Shown here: in pieces, positions 22,766-34,093 of the stretch
How positions within the stretch are numbered: position 1 is the first letter of the stretch
How the letters are laid out: each line of letters begins with the position of its first letter
Source: Minutocellus sp. GHC0000111
Lineage: Eukaryota
NCBI GenBank assembly: GCA_977018835.1
Contig: OZ361257.1
Span: 2,356,001 to 2,420,000 of the forward strand
Length of the DNA stretch: 64,000 nucleotides
Direction of reading: 5' to 3'
Made by a program: the position numbers and the translations under genes
Notes under the pieces: generated by a model
Told to the model about the DNA's origin: nothing
The model's input: the letters and a program-made list of their open reading frames with translations, nothing else
Database searches by the model: none

Positions 22766-25292
22766 TTACAAGCTGCCATTTTCTCTCAGTATCGCCGGCA
22801 TCCAAGAGCTAACATCATTTGCCGATACACCGAAGTTTGTCTTAGCTTTCTTATTATTTCTTGCAGATTTCTTGTTGCTGCCTGGGCTTCTGCGCTTCTT
22901 TCCGGCGTAAACGACAACGTCGTCAGCATCGTCGCATTGACATTCAGCCCGAGTGTGGCCAAGCTGCTTGCATTTCTGACACTGCTGGTCAATCTTCTTC
23001 TTGCGGCCAGGCTTTGCTGGTTTCGCCTTACCAGCAGCTAGGGCCCTGTTCTTCTTGTACACATAGTCCTTGTCGTCTTTCTCGCTTCTGTTTCGCAAGG
23101 CTGCTCGAAGGCGCTTGCTGTCGCTCTTGCTCTTTTTGTACTCATCGGTGCGCTTACGCGCAAGGTCGCCCTCGAGCTTCCGGTCAATTGCATCGAATCC
23201 ATCTTTTCGGGTAGGAGAATCCCTCGATCCCAACTTTCCAAGAACTCGCTCATTGAATTCCGTACCCAGTGACTTGTGGCCAGCGGCTCTACTTGTTGCA
23301 TTTGGGTAGGCGTCTGAAGCAGTCAAATTCGGCCTTTTCCCCATCGTGAACTTCGTCACCATCCCGTTGAGCTGTTCGACGCCGGTGGTAGATTCCTTCT
23401 TGCAGTTGGAGTCGGCAGTATTCTTGTTGATTCTCTTGGTTATTTCAAGCGTCATCTTGCGAATCGTGTCGTCACTAATCTCCAATATGTCGCCATCGAA
23501 TTGATTCCCCGAGCTCCATTCCTCATCGAGCTTGCCATCACTCCAATCAGGATGAGCAATGCTGAGGCGAATCCAATCACACGTGTTGGTGGTGCAAAAA
23601 GTGTGAATGCCACATTGGTGACGAACGACGGACTGGAGTTCTTTCTGAAGGAGGGCCAGATGACTTTGTTTTTCCTCCTCGGACACAGCACCATCGGGCT
23701 GATCGAGAACGCTGTGCTTGTACCGATCAGTAATCTTCGAAATGTCCTGTTTCATCCGATTGATGCGTGGTCGGGGGATGGCATTAAAATTTTCAACTCC
23801 TTTGCAAACTTTTCGAAAGCCTGAGTCAATTGAATTGCTCAGATGATTAAAGTCACGGCAAAGCTCAACACCAGAAGCCAACTCATCACCTACTATGTCT
23901 TCCTGAGCGGCTGCTGCCCTAGTAATGCCTTTGCTATCGCCATCGGCAACGTGCTTCTCAACGAAAAGAGGACACGCCTGCACGCTTCCTTCATCGTCGA
24001 CCAGAAGATTCCGTCCAACATTCTCGGCCAGATGCTCCTCTGCCACACCGGGGGAGTAGGAAGAGTTGCGATAGCAGAAGCCATCATGGTCGTACAGGGC
24101 CAGTATCTCATCCTTGCTCATGTTTTTGAGCTCACTCGGCGTTATTGGATTGCCGGCTTCCCGCCTCTCCCTCAATCTTGCATTGCAGGCTCTCACGCAA
24201 CAGTGGCAGCTTGCCTGAGAGATTCCCTTGTCAACAACAAGGCCAGTTTCCTTGTCTACGGCAAACACCGCTGCAGCAGAGCCAGTGTAGCAATGGCCGT
24301 AGTCGCGTTTGAGGGCGCTGCCGTCTTGGGCCACCGCAACCACCGCCGCCGTGTGCATCTCGCCGCCTTGTTCAAACTCAACAGTCTTGCTGCTAGCGGC
24401 ACATGCTTTTGCCCTGTTCTCGTCAATGATTTCATCAGCTGCTTCAATAGCCGCTGCTCTGCATTTCTTTTCCACCTGTCGGGCATTCTTTTCGGTCGGA
24501 TGGACGATGTCGGCCTTCGTGCAGAAATTCATGAAGCGACTTGCGTGCATGGCCTCATCTTCCGCTGCCTCCATCAGCTCCAAGTTCATTCCAGCCTGAC
24601 TTCTAGAATGCTTTCTGCCGGGGCACACAACTTCTGACCTCTGGCCGATCCAAGTGCAAAAAGAAAAAGGTTGGTTGCATCTGTCGCATCGCCATTCAAA
24701 TGTAACGCCGAATCCACGCCGAACTGGCTCGGCCGAGAGACACAGATTGCCGCACGATCGGTGGAGACTCTGCACGAAGTCACACAGCTGCTTCATCTCA
24801 ACCACAATTCTTTTGCCGTTGAGCTGCACGCCGGTGATGTTGGGACGATCGGTAGCGTTGGCGGTGGGAGTAGATGACCGACCGCCCGAAGAATTCTTGT
24901 CGGAATAATATTTCAGTGTCGCGTTGAGATGGGGCCCATGCTTTTCATCGTCCTGGAAGTAATTTCAGGTGTGGTCGGCAGTGATAGCTTGCCATTGCGT
25001 TGAGAGCGTGGGCTGGCGTTGTCGGCTGTTCTGGAGAAGCGGTAGAAGGGCTTTGCAACGTCAAGGCCTGATATTTTCTCTGGACGTCGTCGTTGGACAT
25101 TGACCTCGTGTCGTGTTGGGACGTGTGAAGAGATGATCGAACAAGAGAGATCTCTAAGCTCGGCGACACGCCACCGCGCACCAAGATACGGACAAGCTCA
25201 TCAATAGTGTAGTAAGTACATCTGACGTCGTCTGGGAATGAGAGCAAGAGTGAGAGGATTGCCTCCTTGGCGTTAGCACGTGATGTTTCCAT
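22766..25292 (-). pseudogene. Kolobok transposase, copy 2, with two 1-bp deletions near the 5' end
   Basis: Mirror of 5755..8283; single-base deletions at ~25126 and ~24963 (possibly read errors). Confidence 0.75.
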
Positions 25293-27336
25293 GGTTGTTT
25301 TTTGCTTTGTGTCGGCTCTGGCGCAAGATGCGCTTTTCGATGAGAACCTTACAAAAAGAACCCCAAATGAGGGAGACGTTCGGCGTGGATTCGGCGTTAC
25401 ATTTGAATGGCGATGCGATAGATGCAACCAACCATTTTCTTTTTGCACTTGGATCGGCCAGAGGTCAGAAGTTGTGTGCCCCGGCAGAAAGCATTCTAGA
25501 AGTCAGGCTGGAATGAACTTGGAGCTGATGGAGGCAGCGGAAGATGAGGCCATGCACGCAAGTCGCTTCATGAATTTCTGCACGAAGGCCGACATCGTCC
25601 ATCCGACCGAAAAGAATGCCCGACAGGTGGAAAAGAAATGCAGAGCAGCGGCTATTGAAGCAGCTGATGAAATCATTGACGAGAATAGGGCAAGAGCACA
25701 TGCAGCTAGCAGCAAGACTGTTGAGTTTGAACAAGGCGGCGAGATGCACACGGCGGCGGTGGTTGCGGTGGCCCAAGACGGCAGCGCCCTCAAACGCGAC
25801 TACGGCCATTGCTACACTGGCTCTGCTGCAGCGGTGTTTGCCGTAGACAAGGAAACTGGCCTTGTTGTTGACAAGGGAATCTCTCAGGCAAGCTGCCACT
25901 GTTGCGTGAGAGCCTGCAATGCAAGATTGAGGGAGAGGCGGGAAGCCGGCAATCCAATAACGCCGAGTGAGCTCAAAAACATGAGCAAGGATGAGATACT
26001 GGCCCTGTACGACCATGATGGCTTCTGCTATCGCAACTCTTCCTACTCCCCCGGTGTGGCAGAGGAGCATCTGGCCGAGAATGTTGGACGGAATCTTCTG
26101 GTCGACGATGAAGGAAGCGTGCAGGCGTGTCCTCTTTTCGTTGAGAAGCACGTTGCCGATGGCGATAGCAAAGGCATTACTAGGGCAGCAGCCGCTCAGG
26201 AAGACATAGTAGGTGATGAGTTGGCTTCTGGTGTTGAGCTTTGCCGTGACTTTAATCATCTGAGCAATTCAATTGACTCAGGCTTTCGAAAAGTATGCAA
26301 AGGAGTTGAAAATTTTAATGCCATCCCCCGACCACGCATCAATCGGATGAAACAGGACATTTCGAAGATTACTGATCGGTACAAGCACAGCGTTCTCGAT
26401 CAGCCCGATGGTGCTGTGTCCGAGGAGGAAAAACAAAGTCATCTGGCCCTCCTTCAGAAAGAACTCCAGTCCGTCGTTCGTCACCAATGTGGCATTCACA
26501 CTTTTTGCACCACCAACACGTGTGATTGGATTCGCCTCAGCATTGCTCATCCTGATTGGAGTGATGGCAAGCTCGATGAGGAATGGAGCTCGGGGAATCA
26601 ATTCGATGGCGACATATTGGAGATTAGTGACGACACGATTCGCAAGATGACGCTTGAAATAACCAAGAGAATCAACAAGAATACTGCCGACTCCAACTGC
26701 AAGAAGGAATCTACCACCGGCGTCGAACAGCTCAACGGGATGGTGACGAAGTTCACGATGGGGAAAAGGCCGAATTTGACTGCTTCAGACGCCTACCCAA
26801 ATGCAACAAGTAGAGCCGCTGGCCACAAGTCACTGGGTACGGAATTCAATGAGCGAGTTCTTGGAAAGTTGGGATCGAGGGATTCTCCTACCCGAAAAGA
26901 TGGATTCGATGCAATTGACCGGAAGCTCGAGGGCGACCTTGCGCGTAAGCGCACCGATGAGTACAAAAAGAGCAAGAGCGACAGCAAGCGCCTTCGAGCA
27001 GCCTTGCGAAACAGAAGCGAGAAAGACGACAAGGACTATGTGTACAAGAAGAACAGGGCCCTAGCTGCTGGTAAGGCGAAACCAGCAAAGCCTGGCCGCA
27101 AGAAGAAGATTGACCAGCAGTGTCAGAAATGCAAGCAGCTTGGCCACACTCGGGCTGAATGTCAATGCGACGATGCTGACGACGTTGTCGTTTACGCCGG
27201 AAAGAAGCGCAGAAGCCCAGGCAGCAACAAGAAATCTGCAAGAAATAATAAGAAAGCTAAGACAAACTTCGGTGTATCGGCAAATGATGTTAGCTCTTGG
27301 ATGCCGGCGATACTGAGAGAAAATGGCAGCTTGTAA
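25291..27336 (+). CDS. Chimeric N-truncated Kolobok transposase created by the fold-back junction
   Basis: Antisense-derived MVVFCF...EGDV fused in frame to RRGFGVTFEW...; full DDE core and CCHC retained; expression unknown. Confidence 0.5.
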   Translation: MVVFCFVSALAQDALFDENLTKRTPNEGDVRRGFGVTFEWRCDRCNQPFSFCTWIGQRSEVVCPGRKHSRSQAGMNLELMEAAEDEAMHASRFMNFCTKADIVHPTEKNARQVEKKCRAAAIEAADEIIDENRARAHAASSKTVEFEQGGEMHTAAVVAVAQDGSALKRDYGHCYTGSAAAVFAVDKETGLVVDKGISQASCHCCVRACNARLRERREAGNPITPSELKNMSKDEILALYDHDGFCYRNSSYSPGVAEEHLAENVGRNLLVDDEGSVQACPLFVEKHVADGDSKGITRAAAAQEDIVGDELASGVELCRDFNHLSNSIDSGFRKVCKGVENFNAIPRPRINRMKQDISKITDRYKHSVLDQPDGAVSEEEKQSHLALLQKELQSVVRHQCGIHTFCTTNTCDWIRLSIAHPDWSDGKLDEEWSSGNQFDGDILEISDDTIRKMTLEITKRINKNTADSNCKKESTTGVEQLNGMVTKFTMGKRPNLTASDAYPNATSRAAGHKSLGTEFNERVLGKLGSRDSPTRKDGFDAIDRKLEGDLARKRTDEYKKSKSDSKRLRAALRNRSEKDDKDYVYKKNRALAAGKAKPAKPGRKKKIDQQCQKCKQLGHTRAECQCDDADDVVVYAGKKRRSPGSNKKSARNNKKAKTNFGVSANDVSSWMPAILRENGSL

Positions 27337-27440
27337 ACACGTGTAAAATATTTTATCACTGTAAATAAAAATGGATTTATTGTGTGCTGTTACTCACGTG
27401 CTACGCACATTCTTGTTATCTACATGTGTTGAGGTAATGA

Positions 27441-28670
27441 TTATGCATTTTCCTCTTCTTCTTCCTCTTCATCTTGATGACCAGGGATGAATCCAACATA
27501 TCGTTCACCTTTATCATTTGGATAAATGAACCTAATGCAAAAGACTAGACAGGTTGGCAAGGGCTTCCGATCAAGCCAACCTCTCACATGATACACCTCA
27601 GTTGCATAGTACCAATACAGCATGTTCCTCTTCAAATTATTTGCCATGGCTTCGACTGGCATGGTGGTTGCGTAGTATTTGTCAGCGATATCCTCCAGGT
27701 CCTCCTCCGTCGGCACCAGCATTTCTTCGCAGACGCATTTCTGAAAGAAGAGTGTGCCGTACATTGAGCAGCTTCGGTTGGCGGCAGTGCAGCAAGCAGG
27801 GGGTATTGGCGGCCTCTCTCTGGTCTCGTCCCAATTACCGAATGTGTCTGCCTCCGGCGCTGCCGTCGGATCATCGTCGGCTTCCTCACAAACGGCCGCA
27901 ACAAGAGCATCCGTGTCCGATCTGATCGCTGCTGATGGCCCACCATCTACCTGCAGAAGTTGGCCCATTCCAACAATATCAAAATCAACTAGTCCAATCC
28001 CAGCAGTAGAGTGTATGTCATCATATGGAGCCACATGCCATCGGTGGAACTTTGTCAATTTGATCACATGGCCCTGTTGTAGACTTCGGGCCTTTTCGGT
28101 AATTGTCAGGGCAACACGAGCGACGATAAGCTTTCCGCTTCCATCAAGCAAAGTAAGCGATGTGGTGTTGAAAGGTCGGCCGTGCGCAGCAAGAGCCGAT
28201 CCAATATCGATCCGTTTCCCATGAAGTTGAAATATAGGGAAGAATTCAGGTCCGGCGTCAAACATGGGATCTTGCAATTGATCGACGATGCCGACCGTCA
28301 GCCTCAACTTCACATCAGCCACGGACAGGTTGGTAACTACGAGGCCGGGCCGCCCAGCAGCGACATCAATATCATCCCGAACATGATACTTATCAGCGCG
28401 AGCCTCGACTGCTTTGACAAGATGTTGAAGTGCATGGCCGACGCCGGGATTGTTCCATAATTCTCGTCCTTGTCCGTTCGGGTCGTTCTCCAACGTGACG
28501 GCGAGGCCCTCCAGTATCTCGGTAACGGCGTCTTTCGCTTTGTCCTCCGCCTTCTCTTTCTTCTTGTCAACAGGCAAAATCGGGCGACCGGAGTTATCTG
28601 TCTTGAGTTTCCGCAACCGCGTATCTGCGTTGTGGGCCGGGCCGGCACTATTATCAGCGCTGCGCTTCAT
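27441..28670 (-). CDS. KolX-like protein, copy 3
   Basis: 409 aa; one E->G change (AAGRP) versus the other copies. Confidence 0.75.
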   Translation of the reverse strand: MKRSADNSAGPAHNADTRLRKLKTDNSGRPILPVDKKKEKAEDKAKDAVTEILEGLAVTLENDPNGQGRELWNNPGVGHALQHLVKAVEARADKYHVRDDIDVAAGRPGLVVTNLSVADVKLRLTVGIVDQLQDPMFDAGPEFFPIFQLHGKRIDIGSALAAHGRPFNTTSLTLLDGSGKLIVARVALTITEKARSLQQGHVIKLTKFHRWHVAPYDDIHSTAGIGLVDFDIVGMGQLLQVDGGPSAAIRSDTDALVAAVCEEADDDPTAAPEADTFGNWDETRERPPIPPACCTAANRSCSMYGTLFFQKCVCEEMLVPTEEDLEDIADKYYATTMPVEAMANNLKRNMLYWYYATEVYHVRGWLDRKPLPTCLVFCIRFIYPNDKGERYVGFIPGHQDEEEEEEENA

Positions 28671-28811
28671 CGTAGTGAAGAGGGGGCAGAGCGGCGATTC
28701 TCATGGTGGGGTCGAGTTTTTGTCATGCTTCGCTCGTCATAAGAAATAAGAATAAGGGGGATTAAAAACGGGGAAAATTATGGACAGCGCCCTCTTAACT
28801 CATTCCAAGGC

Positions 28812-31708
28812 ATGTCCAGCCCCTTCGAGTACCGATCCCTCGGTCGTCTGGCCATTCGCTCCCGGCAGCGACAGCTCGTTGCCACATACGACGACGTCGA
28901 GCGTGAGTGGAAGGCCGAGCTGGCCATCTACGAACGGGGCGGGAGCAACGGGGATGCCAGAGATGATCGCAACTACGCCAACAATGAGCGCAGGGTGGTG
29001 CACAAGAACTTGTTTCCGTACCACGACGCATTCTATCCTCTGCTGGATGTGTACTATCATCTAGAGGAAGATAATTTGCATCCGTTGGGACCCAGCGGTG
29101 GTGACGTTCGACCGGAGAACTACCCATCTCCGTTGCACGATGTGGCGTCCCGACGGGAGCTGGAGGTTGGCGAGGTGGCCATTCCAGGACACATGAACAA
29201 TTCGGCGCACGCGGTATGCATGGCGCTGCTTCCGAGATATCGGTGCAGAGATGACGTATGGTCGCGGCACGATGAGGCAACCAACTTATTTGATCCCACG
29301 GTAGATCTCCCCTCGGTCCTTTCCTCTTGGGAGGATAAACATTGGCAAGATGATCCGTTGGAAGCTGCCATGGACTCCTACGCCAGTTTTTCTTTGACGC
29401 GAAGCAACGTTTCTTTGTTCGGTCCGGAAAATCTTTTCTTCTCCACGGGCAGAGCAGAAGTGGGCATTCTACTGACCAGGGTCCTAAAGCATGCGTTGTC
29501 CGACTTGCAGAAGGATCATGTGCTTGGTCGAGCTGTGATGAATCTCATGATGGAATTTCGAATATTTGACCGCGACATTGACGAGGATAGCGATGATGGC
29601 GGGGTCAATAGACTCGCCCGGGTTTTGGCGGTCTTTGCATCGGAATATGTGACCGGGTGCGATTGGTATTGCCACAATAGATATCTTGATGCAGTTCAAG
29701 CTGCTGGGGAGCAAGGAGACGACGATGATGCACCACAGCCGCCGAGTCACTACTGCTCAGATTGGAAACACATAATTACGACGCTGTCAGACATCATCCC
29801 TTACGGCATGACATTTGTATCGGAAGGCCATGCTGAGATTATCGCCGCTTTCGTTTTGAATGAATATGACAGTGTGTCTGAAGCAGCTGCGAAAATTGAC
29901 GCCCAGTATTTCGAGTGCGGTGTCCCTCAAGATAAATCGGAAAATCCCGACGAATCAAGCAAGCTCAATGCCACTGCCGTCTTGAAACAGAATTTATTTT
30001 ATCACAATAATACATCGGGATTCGCGGGAGCGGCAGCCTTGCAGCATACCGCAAACGACGACGGTCCTCATGACGTTCCAGAACAATTTAGGGTGTCGAT
30101 GATCAAGGCAATAGTCGAAGGATTATTTAATCATGCTTTGAAAGACCGGTTCGAATTGAAATGGCTTGCGGATGAGGAGAAGCTTTGTGCGAGCTGTGGC
30201 AAGTCGAACTCTTCTCTCAAGCGATGCACGGGATGTAAGAGTGTGTGGTACTGCGATATCACCTGTCAGAAGGCTCACAGGAAAGAACACAAGTCATTCT
30301 GCAGAAAGATTGATGCCGTTGGAGATGCACGCGTTGATAATGCAAAATACGACTTGCTTCGAAAAGTCGCCGAGTCCTATCAAAACTGCATCCGAGCACT
30401 GGTTGCAATTGGAGAGCATACGATCCGCAGATTGCCGCCCAATACTCGAACAGCAGAGATTGGTGGGACCATCGTTAGAGCCATTGTTCTGGGAACTATC
30501 GATGGTAACCCTCAAAAGGCCGAAGAAAATGCTTATGTTGGCAAAGGTATTATTGGATATGAAGAAAAGGATTTGATTTGCCCCACCAGACTTGCCGATG
30601 CCGTATCAAATGCCGATAAAGTTCTTCGTGGACCTTTAAAAGCTCCCACACCATCCGATTCTATTGAAACAATCGCCAGATCTGTCCTCGACGCAGCTCT
30701 GCCGCAAGACGCACAAGATGTTGTCAGAGGTCTGTTCATTCGAGATTTAGTTGATCTCAACATCGCGGGATTTGGTTATAGCGACTTTTTGGTGTGGTGT
30801 GGTCTACCAATCACCCCAATGGACCCCTTACTCTACGACCATAACATCCAGTACCCTGAGGAAGATGACTTGCCTTGGGTTAGCGATGAGGAGGGAAAAG
30901 AGCTCAGTGGGTATGAGATTGCGTCTCGGATTGATTTTTCTATTCTCATGCTTCAGAGGGCCTGGAATGCTCCCTGGACGCCGAAATCTCACCAAAGCTT
31001 CTCTACGCATCACAAGGCTGCTATGAAAACTTGTTGCAATGATCGCTTGGAAATGTGGTATGCCAAACGAAATTTCATTGAGAGTCAACGCTTTTCTTCC
31101 TCGGTCTTGGTGGCCCGACGATCGAAAGCAATGCTGGTGTCATGACTGCCAGTTGCTCAGTCTCTCCACCTCTCTCAGAGATAAAGTTACCACGCGCGAG
31201 GCCTCATCTTCGCATCCACCATCTCTGCCGCAGGATTTACCACAGCAGCTTCCCGCGACAATGCACAATACCTCTCTCATGCGATCACTGCCGCCCGCCA
31301 AGCCGAGCGACTCTACCCGCCTGACCCAGTGCCATTCACCTGTGTATTACTGCAGCAAGGAGCATCGAAAGTATCTGATGCAAGACGGACATAAGCGAGT
31401 GTGTGGCATGCCCCCATTTCGAGCTCATGGTATCGAGGAAGAATTACTTGTTCGTGAGGTATTTGGTAAACCGGACGCCGGCGCAAATAAGTGACGATGA
31501 CATGGATGAGGACAGCGAAGATGATGCGGAATTTTGCGGCAGCGATGACGAGAGTTGCTGGGAGAGTGTCGGCAGCGACGAAGAGGACGATGAGTATGCC
31601 ACGCCGATCCAGAGGACTCGTACCGAAATCATCTACAAGTTCTTCAACAGCAAAAGCTACAAGAGGTACGAGGTTGAGCGAGATGGTTTACCCACTGGTG
31701 GGCTCTAG
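28812..31708 (+). CDS. MYND zinc-finger protein (apparent frameshifts near 31040 and 31480)
   Basis: CASCGK...RCTGCKSVWYCDITCQKAHRKEHKSFC; continues in ORFs 31039..31494 (second Cys/His finger) and 31403..31708. Confidence 0.7.
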
Positions 31709-31900
31709 CTACGTAGACACTAAAAGTCACAAAAGTCATTGCTATGTATTTCCTAAATATTCATGTTTTCATCTATTGTACAGAAATCTTCCGACGCATT
31801 ACTCAGTTGCACTGACAACTTCATCAGGCGTCGCATCAGCCTTCTTCTTGAGCGAGGCAACTCCGGTAACATATGGCCGGACGCTGCCGTCGTCTCCCCA

Positions 31901-33706
31901 TCAGCACTCGGTGCCATCGCACTCTCCATACTCCTTCATAGGAAGTCCGGCCTCCTCATATGTGGCCAGGACGGACTCGACAGTCTCGCCCTCCTGGGCT
32001 TGGTAGGAATCAACGATCTTGCCAACATGCTGCACGAACAGATCATCGTAAAGCTCCCGAATGTACTCGTCGGAACCCAACCGAAGGGCCAGCTCGGTAC
32101 CCGCCTTGGCGATGGCCTGAGCCTCGTTGGGATGAGATTCGGCCCAGTCAAACTTCTCCTTGAGGTCCGAAAGGTCCTGCTTGACCGGAACGTAATGCAC
32201 GTAGGGTTTCATCTCGTCGTAGAAAAAGTCCTTGGTCAGAGTTTCGTGATGAAAGAGCAGACCAGGCATGAGGAGCTTGGACAAGGTTCCGGTCCAACTG
32301 GTACCACCTCCCCCACCGATATCAATCTGATACCGATGCTGGGCATGGATGGCATCATCGGAAAACGTTGTGGTAACGACGTTGGCGTGAGCGTGGAGGA
32401 AGGGCCGGTAGACGGCGGCCGATTCTCCCCCATCCTGCTTGACGGTGAATCTGGCATCGATCCAGGGGAGGGGTTCCTCATCGCCTTCGGCGGTCTGGTC
32501 GTCCTCTTGTTGGTTCTTCTTCTTCTCGGCATCGACCTCGGCCTGAGCCTCGATGGCCATGGTAACGGCCCTCCAGCGGGGAGTGAGGACGTCCCAATAC
32601 TTGTTCAGGGCGTCCACGACATCCTGGACCGATTCAAAGTGTTCGGTGGCGCTGCCCATGACATCAATACCACGAGCCAGTTGGAGGTTGAAGGCCGAAA
32701 GGAACCCAGCCCAATCGGTACCACGCCAGTAGATCTGGTTTTTGAGATCCTCCCACTTGGGAGCGGTGTTGTAGTCGATCTGATCGAGGCTGGAGGGGAT
32801 GGAACACTTGCCCAAACCGTTGCGCTGGAATCGATAACCGGCGACGCACGGCAGGTACGTGGTAAGGGGCATGGGTTGGATGGCATGGCCCAGCAGAGAG
32901 GCGTCCTTGGGGACGGAGCCAAAGTTGAGCTGAGGTGCCAGGTTGTCCACACCAGCACACCCATCGTTGCCATTCTCAGAAAGGCATCGAGTGGTGGGAT
33001 AATCGTCCGTGTTGAGCAGGATCTGAAGGTTGGGCTGACCCTTGACAAATCGCTCCGGCTGGTGGGCACGGAGGGCATCGACGAGAAGGTACACGGGACG
33101 ACGGTTGCGAATGCCGGAGTACTGGCCGGACTGGCCGTCGACGTAGATCTGGAACGTACCGGTCTGGCCATTGAAGAAGAGGATGGAATTGCGTCTGCCG
33201 GGGATGTAGTACTGCTGGGTGTGAACGATGGTGGGGATGGAGTAGGCGTTGATGACGGGCGAGTTGCCTGGCGTAGAAGAGGGCTTGTTGACGGTAGCAA
33301 CGGCGACGCTCGAATCCTTGTTGTGGTAAATGTCATCTTCGGTCTCGACGGTGTCAATTTCTTCGATAAAGGAGGCAGCGGTCTCCTGAATGGTCTCTGC
33401 CGAATCGGCAATGGCCTGAAGCATCCTCCGACGGAGATGACTGGCCGGCATGTTCTTGTTGCTGTGCCTGTGCACCTGGACATGGAAGGATACGTTGGTA
33501 TCTCTCAGAGCCAGGACGGCCAAAAGGGCGCATGACACCAGAAATACGGCCGTGGTAGGATGATATCCGCACCACGATGCCGACGAGGTGGGAGCCGTGC
33601 ATTGGTCGAGGAGGTTGTCAATGTCGCTGAGCTCGGATTCGGAAGACGAACCATCGAAGTCGTTGGCCGTCGCCCGTCGGCGCTTGAGGCTGAGCTTGCG
33701 GGGCAT
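31901..33706 (-). CDS. Glycosyltransferase family 90 (CAP10 domain) type II membrane protein
   Basis: IYWRG, YQIDIGGGGGTSWTG, KPYVHYVPVKQDLSDL, WAESHPNEAQAIA; N-terminal TM anchor; probable ATG 33706. Confidence 0.85.
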   Translation of the reverse strand: MPRKLSLKRRRATANDFDGSSSESELSDIDNLLDQCTAPTSSASWCGYHPTTAVFLVSCALLAVLALRDTNVSFHVQVHRHSNKNMPASHLRRRMLQAIADSAETIQETAASFIEEIDTVETEDDIYHNKDSSVAVATVNKPSSTPGNSPVINAYSIPTIVHTQQYYIPGRRNSILFFNGQTGTFQIYVDGQSGQYSGIRNRRPVYLLVDALRAHQPERFVKGQPNLQILLNTDDYPTTRCLSENGNDGCAGVDNLAPQLNFGSVPKDASLLGHAIQPMPLTTYLPCVAGYRFQRNGLGKCSIPSSLDQIDYNTAPKWEDLKNQIYWRGTDWAGFLSAFNLQLARGIDVMGSATEHFESVQDVVDALNKYWDVLTPRWRAVTMAIEAQAEVDAEKKKNQQEDDQTAEGDEEPLPWIDARFTVKQDGGESAAVYRPFLHAHANVVTTTFSDDAIHAQHRYQIDIGGGGGTSWTGTLSKLLMPGLLFHHETLTKDFFYDEMKPYVHYVPVKQDLSDLKEKFDWAESHPNEAQAIAKAGTELALRLGSDEYIRELYDDLFVQHVGKIVDSYQAQEGETVESVLATYEEAGLPMKEYGECDGTEC

Positions 33707-34093
33707 TTGGGGATGTGTTGGAATTGTGAAGAGTGGGGTGGGGCTGGGGTCTTTGCCTGGCGCAACTGGTGAGAAGAATGAGATCGTTGCATTGCCCCCT
33801 GCCCAATGGTTCTCGACAGAAAACCGGTTTGTAATGGCCGACTTGTGCTGCTTCGGTATTAGGTGTGTTAAAAACGTTGGTTTCCTCAAAACCAAATAAT
33901 TTATAGTGAAAACAATATTTTCATCCATTCATTTCAGTAATATAAGACAGAGGTTCCATAGACCTATGTCCTCACCCGCATGCGAAGACATGCTTTTGGA
34001 GTCACTCGTCCTCGCCTCTCTCTCTGTGTCAGCCCGGTAGGCAAAGCCCACTATTCAACACAAAACGGAAGGCAAAACGCAACTAATCATCGT

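Larger units (their letters stand above)
18533..25379. repeat. Right arm of the ~6.85-kb inverted duplication
   Basis: Reverse complement of 5668..12516. Confidence 0.95.
21309..28794. mobile_element. Fold-back (palindromic) Kolobok derivative with two right-hand ends
   Basis: TTAA 21305-21308 plus right TIR; inverted element to 25379 (equivalent to 5668); junction to a forward copy equivalent to 6325..9740 ending at 28794, then TTAA 28795-28798. Confidence 0.9.

Noticed and set aside
31763..33535. 590-aa plus-strand ORF
   Set aside because: Antisense shadow of the GT90 gene
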